DNA from: an uncultured bacterium
GTDB taxonomy: Bacteria > Patescibacteriota > Minisyncoccia > Phycocordibacterales > Phycocordibacteraceae
DNA length: 64,000 bases
Direction of reading: 5' to 3'
Assembly: GCA_903825105.1 (NCBI GenBank)
Contig: CAIJZI010000007.1
Span: forward strand, 23,178-87,177
The stretch's first letter is position 1, and each line of letters starts with the position of its first letter. A program made the translations under genes and the position numbers. The notes beneath the pieces are model-generated. The model saw nothing but the letters and a program-made list of their open reading frames with translations. It searched no databases and was not told where the DNA came from. Positions 59,528 through 64,000 of the stretch are shown piece by piece.

Positions 59528-60016
59528 TTATATGCACTGAGTTGCGCCGGCAACCATTGCTGCCGTTTCCTGCCGCGAATTACCACTATTGTCCACACAC
59601 CAATATTTCGTATTGTCTGAAACGAGTTGCACCTGAATCGCGTAGGCACTTGTTGAATTATTGCAGGTGACAGTTCCCGAGCCATTTGCAGAGTCTGCCG
59701 CAGCAACAGCCTTCGCGACTGTAGTGTCAACAACAAAGACAGAGCCGGCAACAGCACAAGAGTTGGTCGCTCCAGCGGTACCATAACTATTGTTCCCGCC
59801 GCTTGAATAAAAGATCTCTGCTTGTGTCTGCGCAGAATGCAGGTCTGACTTGATCGCCGCATCACTCCCTTTCGATCTTGCCGTATTAAGAGAAGCAAGC
59901 ACCACGGCGGAGAGAATGCCAATAATGGCGATAACGACGAGTAATTCAATAAGGGTAAACCCAGCACTAACAGTTAGTGCTCGGGTGAAGCCGTTTTTAT
60001 TTATATTATATTTCAT
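59528..60016 (-). CDS. Type IV pilin-like protein
   Basis: G|FTLIELLVVIAIIGILSAVV, C-terminal WCVD..G and Cys residues. Confidence 0.93.
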   Translation of the reverse strand: MKYNINKNGFTRALTVSAGFTLIELLVVIAIIGILSAVVLASLNTARSKGSDAAIKSDLHSAQTQAEIFYSSGGNNSYGTAGATNSCAVAGSVFVVDTTVAKAVAAADSANGSGTVTCNNSTSAYAIQVQLVSDNTKYWCVDNSGNSRQETAAMVAGATQCI

Positions 60017-60028
60017 AATTATATTGTA

Positions 60029-60892
60029 TCAGATGTAAAGAGCTTTTATAAACTTTTCACCCTCTTCTTTTGCTGGAACTTTCCCGTGCCAACGGTAGTC
60101 ATTTTCTATTTCTGTAACGCCTTTACCAGGGATAGTGCGCGCGACAATAAGCGTGGGCTTATCTTGTACTGATTTTGCCTTTTCAACAGCATCGATAAAA
60201 ATCTGTATGTCATTCCCGTCTATTTCAATCACATGCCAATTAAATGCCCTATATTTATCTGCGAGCGATTCTAACGGCATCACTTTTTCTGTCGTTCCGT
60301 CAATTTGAATATTGTTACGATCTATAATCGCAGTGAGGTTTGATAATTTATTTTTCCCGATGAACATTACTGCCTCCCAGGTATTTCCTTCTTCCTGCTC
60401 GCCATCGCTCATCACGCAGTACACCCTCCGCCCATGTTTGGACTTCGTAAATCCATCATCAGATGATGGATTTACGAAGTCCCTCAATACAAGTGCCATT
60501 CCTGCTGCTTGTGAGAGACCTTCGCCCAAAGGGCCAGAGGTAGTTTCGAGACCTGGTAATCGAATGCGCTCTGGATGCCCTTGCAGCCTGCTGCCAAATT
60601 TTCTTAAAGTTAAACATTCTTCAACAGGAAAATAGCCTGCGTGTGCCATAGCCGCATAAAGAACAGGACAAATGTGCCCATTACTTAAAACAAGCCGATC
60701 GCGCTCCTCCCACTCTGGGTTTTTTGGATCATGTTTCAGAATGTGAAAATAAAGAGCGGTAAAAATATCTGCCATGCCAAGCGCGCCTGCAGTGTGCCCG
60801 CTCCCCGCTTCAACAAGCATTCTGATAATCGTCTCGCGAATCATGCGCGCCTTTTCTTTGAGCGCGGTGATTTCTTCTTCAGTACATTTCAT
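60029..60892 (-). CDS. Transketolase, N-terminal (ThDP-binding) subunit with in-frame palindromic insert
   Basis: GSGH, RDRLVLSNGH, LQGHP, SDGE..EG..WEA, DRN..QIDG. Confidence 0.95.
   Translation of the reverse strand: MKCTEEEITALKEKARMIRETIIRMLVEAGSGHTAGALGMADIFTALYFHILKHDPKNPEWEERDRLVLSNGHICPVLYAAMAHAGYFPVEECLTLRKFGSRLQGHPERIRLPGLETTSGPLGEGLSQAAGMALVLRDFVNPSSDDGFTKSKHGRRVYCVMSDGEQEEGNTWEAVMFIGKNKLSNLTAIIDRNNIQIDGTTEKVMPLESLADKYRAFNWHVIEIDGNDIQIFIDAVEKAKSVQDKPTLIVARTIPGKGVTEIENDYRWHGKVPAKEEGEKFIKALYI
60432..60486. repeat. Family A element in-frame in transketolase; perfect 21-bp arms
   Basis: ggacttcgtaaatccatcatc-a-gatgatggatttacgaagtcc (60440-60482). Confidence 0.9.
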
Positions 60893-60906
60893 CTTCTTAT
60901 TGTACC

Positions 60907-61644
60907 TTATACACCATACGGGCTCTCGAGATTTTCGAATACTGCGAATGCCTCAAGCGGGTCTGTCGCGCGTAAGATGCCTGATCCTATAACCAAATTT
61001 GATACGCCAAGCGCAACAAGTTTTTTAGCGGTATCAAAAGAAATCCCGCCATCAATCTGTAAAGGGATCTTTGGGTGCCGTTCGCGAAAAATGCGCACCT
61101 TTTCTAAAACGCGTGTATCAAATGGCTGTCCCTGTTTACCGATTTGTGCGATGCCCATAAACTGTACAAAATCTATTTCGCCTAGACACTGCTCGATGAG
61201 TGCGAGTTTACTTTCTATATTAAGAGCAAGCCCGAAAGAAATCATAGATGAAAATCCGTTCGCGCCAAACTTCTTCCGTGCCGAAGAAAGAAGCTTTGAC
61301 ACATCACTGACTGATTCGGCGTGAAATAAAATGCGTGTCGCTCCGGACTCTATCCAAGAGTGCGCGACCTGTTCTGGATCAAAACACATCAGATCAATTT
61401 CATATTCTATTCTATCAAGATTGGGTAACATTGCCCCATCTTGCATCATCATTTCAAGTTCTGTTTGACTGCCTTTCGCAGCTTCAGGAGATACGTTGTA
61501 GGGCCAAGTTGGTGGTAATGCAAATTTGCCGTCGACGACATCAATCTGCACACGATTAACTGAAGAGATCTGTGAGAAAAGCGCAAGCTCTTCCTCAAAT
61601 TCTTTTTTTGAGTAGGGAAGGACGGCCGGTATAACAAGGCCCAT
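60907..61644 (-). CDS. rpe: Ribulose-phosphate 3-epimerase (divergent)
   Basis: VIPAVL, QIDVVDGKF, G.QGQPF, QIDGGI, GS; sits in the PPP cluster. Confidence 0.85.
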   Translation of the reverse strand: MGLVIPAVLPYSKKEFEEELALFSQISSVNRVQIDVVDGKFALPPTWPYNVSPEAAKGSQTELEMMMQDGAMLPNLDRIEYEIDLMCFDPEQVAHSWIESGATRILFHAESVSDVSKLLSSARKKFGANGFSSMISFGLALNIESKLALIEQCLGEIDFVQFMGIAQIGKQGQPFDTRVLEKVRIFRERHPKIPLQIDGGISFDTAKKLVALGVSNLVIGSGILRATDPLEAFAVFENLESPYGV

Positions 61645-61686
61645 TCGTATAGTATAGAACGAAAAATCGTTAATAATATGCTTTTC

Positions 61687-62199
61687 CTACAAGCCCTGTG
61701 CGTTCGTAGTATATACCGCACAAGCAGAAGTCGATCGGTTAGGATCGCCAAGTCCACTACCCGCTTCGGTACTTCCATAACACGCTAGTGAAGACGGGCA
61801 GTTATAGAACATATATTTATAATCAGCTCCGCCAATAGGGCTGTCATAGGCATAGCAACAGAGAGAACCTCCATCTGTTTGAGAATCAAGAGGAAGTTGT
61901 TTAATGTAATTAGGGACAAGTCCTGGTATCGCACCATTTTGTGTCGTTTGTGTACCGAGAGTTGAGCAGGCGCTATACCAAACACCATTGGTACTTGGAT
62001 ATTTACCCCCATTATCATTCGCATACATCTCAATCGCCATTTGTACGGATCGAAGATTTGAAACACGCTGTGCGTCATACCCCTTCACGCGAGCAGAGTT
62101 AATCGAAACAATCACAACCGAAGACAATACGCTAATGATTGATATAACGACGAGCAACTCTATCATTGTGAAGCCACGATTTTTCATAGTGTTATTCAT
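61687..62199 (-). CDS. Type IV pilin / GspG-like pseudopilin
   Basis: G|FTMIELLVVISIIS, AIEMY..DN.GKYP, LVPNYI..LP.D. Confidence 0.92.
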   Translation of the reverse strand: MNNTMKNRGFTMIELLVVISIISVLSSVVIVSINSARVKGYDAQRVSNLRSVQMAIEMYANDNGGKYPSTNGVWYSACSTLGTQTTQNGAIPGLVPNYIKQLPLDSQTDGGSLCCYAYDSPIGGADYKYMFYNCPSSLACYGSTEAGSGLGDPNRSTSACAVYTTNAQGL

Positions 62200-62459
62200 T
62201 GTGAAATTGCCCGCGGCCACGAAGCGCTCCAAGGCGTTTGGGGTGCGAGGCTTGAACTACCGAAAATAAACGGAAGAGCAACGGCAATAATAATGAAAAA
62301 AATGGCGACCACAAGCAACACATATTTTGCCTGTTCGTCTGTAGAAACAATTTTCGTAGAGAGCACGAGCCGTATGAAAAATGGCTTCAGCTCAGCCTCC
62401 CAAGAGGCAGTGGCACTTTTCTGCCCCTCATCCTCATCAAAGGTAATTTCTCCTTCCAT
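62196..62459 (-). CDS. Hypothetical single-TM protein
   Basis: 87-aa ORF, TATAAT upstream, ATGA overlap with the pilin. Confidence 0.65.
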   Translation of the reverse strand: MEGEITFDEDEGQKSATASWEAELKPFFIRLVLSTKIVSTDEQAKYVLLVVAIFFIIIAVALPFIFGSSSLAPQTPWSASWPRAISQ

Positions 62460-62480
62460 AAGTATTCATATTATAACACT

Positions 62481-62942
62481 TTAAAATTTAGCCAAGCGAC
62501 GCGTGTGGCGCGCCACGTTTGAGAACGGCGTCTCGATAAACTCTTTCACAGCGATCCGTGCTTCCTCTTCAGAAAGAAAAGCTGCGCCGAGCGAGAGCAT
62601 ATTTGCGTTATTGTGCTCGCGCATAAGCTGTATGATCTCTTCATTCTGCCCTGTCGAAGATTTAATTGAGTTAGGAGTATAAAGCACTCCCGCGCGAATC
62701 CCCCTCACTCGATTCGCACACATCGCCTCGCCCTCGCCCGTTTTTCCGATAATAATTCCAAAAGAATTTTCTTGCGAGGCAACTTCTTGTGCACAAGGCG
62801 TCACGAAGTCTGGATAATCATCCTCCACATTAAACGAATACGGTCCGCAATCTTCGGTCGCATACCCGAGCTCCTGCAGATACACGATAAGTTTTTTCTT
62901 TAATTCAAATCCTTCATGATCAGAAGCGAGAAATATTTTCAT
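62481..62942 (-). CDS. rpiB: Ribose-5-phosphate isomerase B family
   Basis: ASDH.GF.LK, DDYPD, G.GE...AN, REHNNAN, RH.RR. Confidence 0.92.
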   Translation of the reverse strand: MKIFLASDHEGFELKKKLIVYLQELGYATEDCGPYSFNVEDDYPDFVTPCAQEVASQENSFGIIIGKTGEGEAMCANRVRGIRAGVLYTPNSIKSSTGQNEEIIQLMREHNNANMLSLGAAFLSEEEARIAVKEFIETPFSNVARHTRRLAKF

Positions 62943-62970
62943 TTGAAGATTAAGACTGCGCGGCTTTAAT

Positions 62971-64000
62971 TTACGCAGAATCCGCTGACGGATTCTGCGT
63001 GATCGCGCGAGACGCTGCAATCACATGTTGTATGAGTGATTCTGTGTACCCCATCTCATTGTCATACCACGCGAGGACCTTTACCAGATTCCCGTCGACC
63101 ACGCGCGTCATACCGAGATCCGCGATTGAGGCATACGGCTCGCCAACAATGTCACTCGACACGAGCTCTTCGTCCGTCGTTTTAAAAATGCTGGACCAGC
63201 GCGGCGCGGCTGCCGCGCCGCGCAATATCGTATTTATTTCTTCAACGGTCGTTGGGCGCTTCGCAATAAAAGTAATGTCAGCGATTGAACCAGCAGCGAC
63301 CGGCACACGAAGCGAGATACCATCAAATTTCCCTGCGAGCTTTTCATACGCCATTGTCACCGCTGTAGCAGCGCCCGTCGAGGTCGGCACAATATTCTGC
63401 GCCGCAGCTCTACCCTCTTTAAAATCTTTTTTCGAAGGACCGTCAACAATCGCCTGACTCGCAGTGTATGCGTGTGTTGTCGAGAGAATCGCTTTTTCTA
63501 TACCAATTGCTTCGTCGAGAATAGTGATAACCGGACTCGCGGCATTTGTCGTGCAAGACGCATTTGAAGAAATCTTACAGCTGGAGAGCTTTTCTTCGTT
63601 CAATCCCATCAGAACGGTAGCCCCGAGAGCGCTTCCAGAACTGCCGTGCGCAAACGGAGCAGTAATGACAACTCTTTTTGCACCTGCATTTATGTGCCCT
63701 TGCGCTTTTTCGAGGTCGGTAAAAAGCCCCGTTGATTCGACGACGACATCAATAACCAAATCCTTCCACGGCAATACGCTCGGATCTTTTTCTGAAAAGA
63801 ATTTCACTTCCTTCCCGTCTATTAAAAGCATCTTGCTTCCGTCTGCCTCCTGCGAACTACTTACGGCGAACTCAGTTTTTCCATATACCGTGTCATGCTT
63901 GAGGAGGTAGGCGAGATTTTCGACCGAAGCGAGGTCGTTTATCGCGACAATCTCTATTTCTCCAGAATGAGCATACGCCCGTCGTACAAAAGCTCGTCCA
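62971..64000 (-). CDS. gap: Glyceraldehyde-3-phosphate dehydrogenase (5' end outside the window)
   Basis: SNASCTTN, NIVPTSTGAA, WYDNE; frame continues to the right edge (VAINDL, KHDTVYG). Confidence 0.97.
   Translation of the reverse strand, partial: GRAFVRRAYAHSGEIEIVAINDLASVENLAYLLKHDTVYGKTEFAVSSSQEADGSKMLLIDGKEVKFFSEKDPSVLPWKDLVIDVVVESTGLFTDLEKAQGHINAGAKRVVITAPFAHGSSGSALGATVLMGLNEEKLSSCKISSNASCTTNAASPVITILDEAIGIEKAILSTTHAYTASQAIVDGPSKKDFKEGRAAAQNIVPTSTGAATAVTMAYEKLAGKFDGISLRVPVAAGSIADITFIAKRPTTVEEINTILRGAAAAPRWSSIFKTTDEELVSSDIVGEPYASIADLGMTRVVDGNLVKVLAWYDNEMGYTESLIQHVIAASRAITQNPSADSA

Overview
The window looks like a chromosomal segment of a Patescibacteria/CPR bacterium, probably Parcubacteria. 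This is inferred from the streamlined gene set, split transketolase, class I FBA, several type IV pilins and very short intergenic gaps. The standard code is used (TGA = stop). Most of it is housekeeping: hisS, rpoD-dnaG, rpoBC, trmD-khpA-rpsP, rnr, smc, rnc-nusB, rpmF, rnhB, dnaE, thrS, gyrB, a chimeric pheS, tsf-rpsB-prfA-rpmE, rplY, tRNA-Thr, a glycolysis/non-oxidative PPP cluster and a MacAB-like transporter. The unusual signals are mostly non-coding. (1) Core genes are mostly leaderless (-10 box 6-9 nt before ATG), whereas small accessory genes carry their own -35/-10, SD and terminator. (2) A self-contained minus-strand RNA unit at 7671-7863 displays anti-Shine-Dalgarno plus anti-AUG sequence in a 39-nt loop closed by a perfect 14-bp stem. 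(3) Three diverged copies of the rnr 3' end, differing only at third codon positions, separate stacked toxin-antitoxin cargo: an orphan PemK with a convergent tetraloop RNA, and a hicB with a broken hicA. (4) Several families of short palindromic elements occur both between genes and in-frame inside trmD, tkt, rnhB, prmC, dnaE, gyrB, a pilin and a lipase. No CRISPR array, integrase or transposase was found. All calls come from reading the sequence; no database searches were run.
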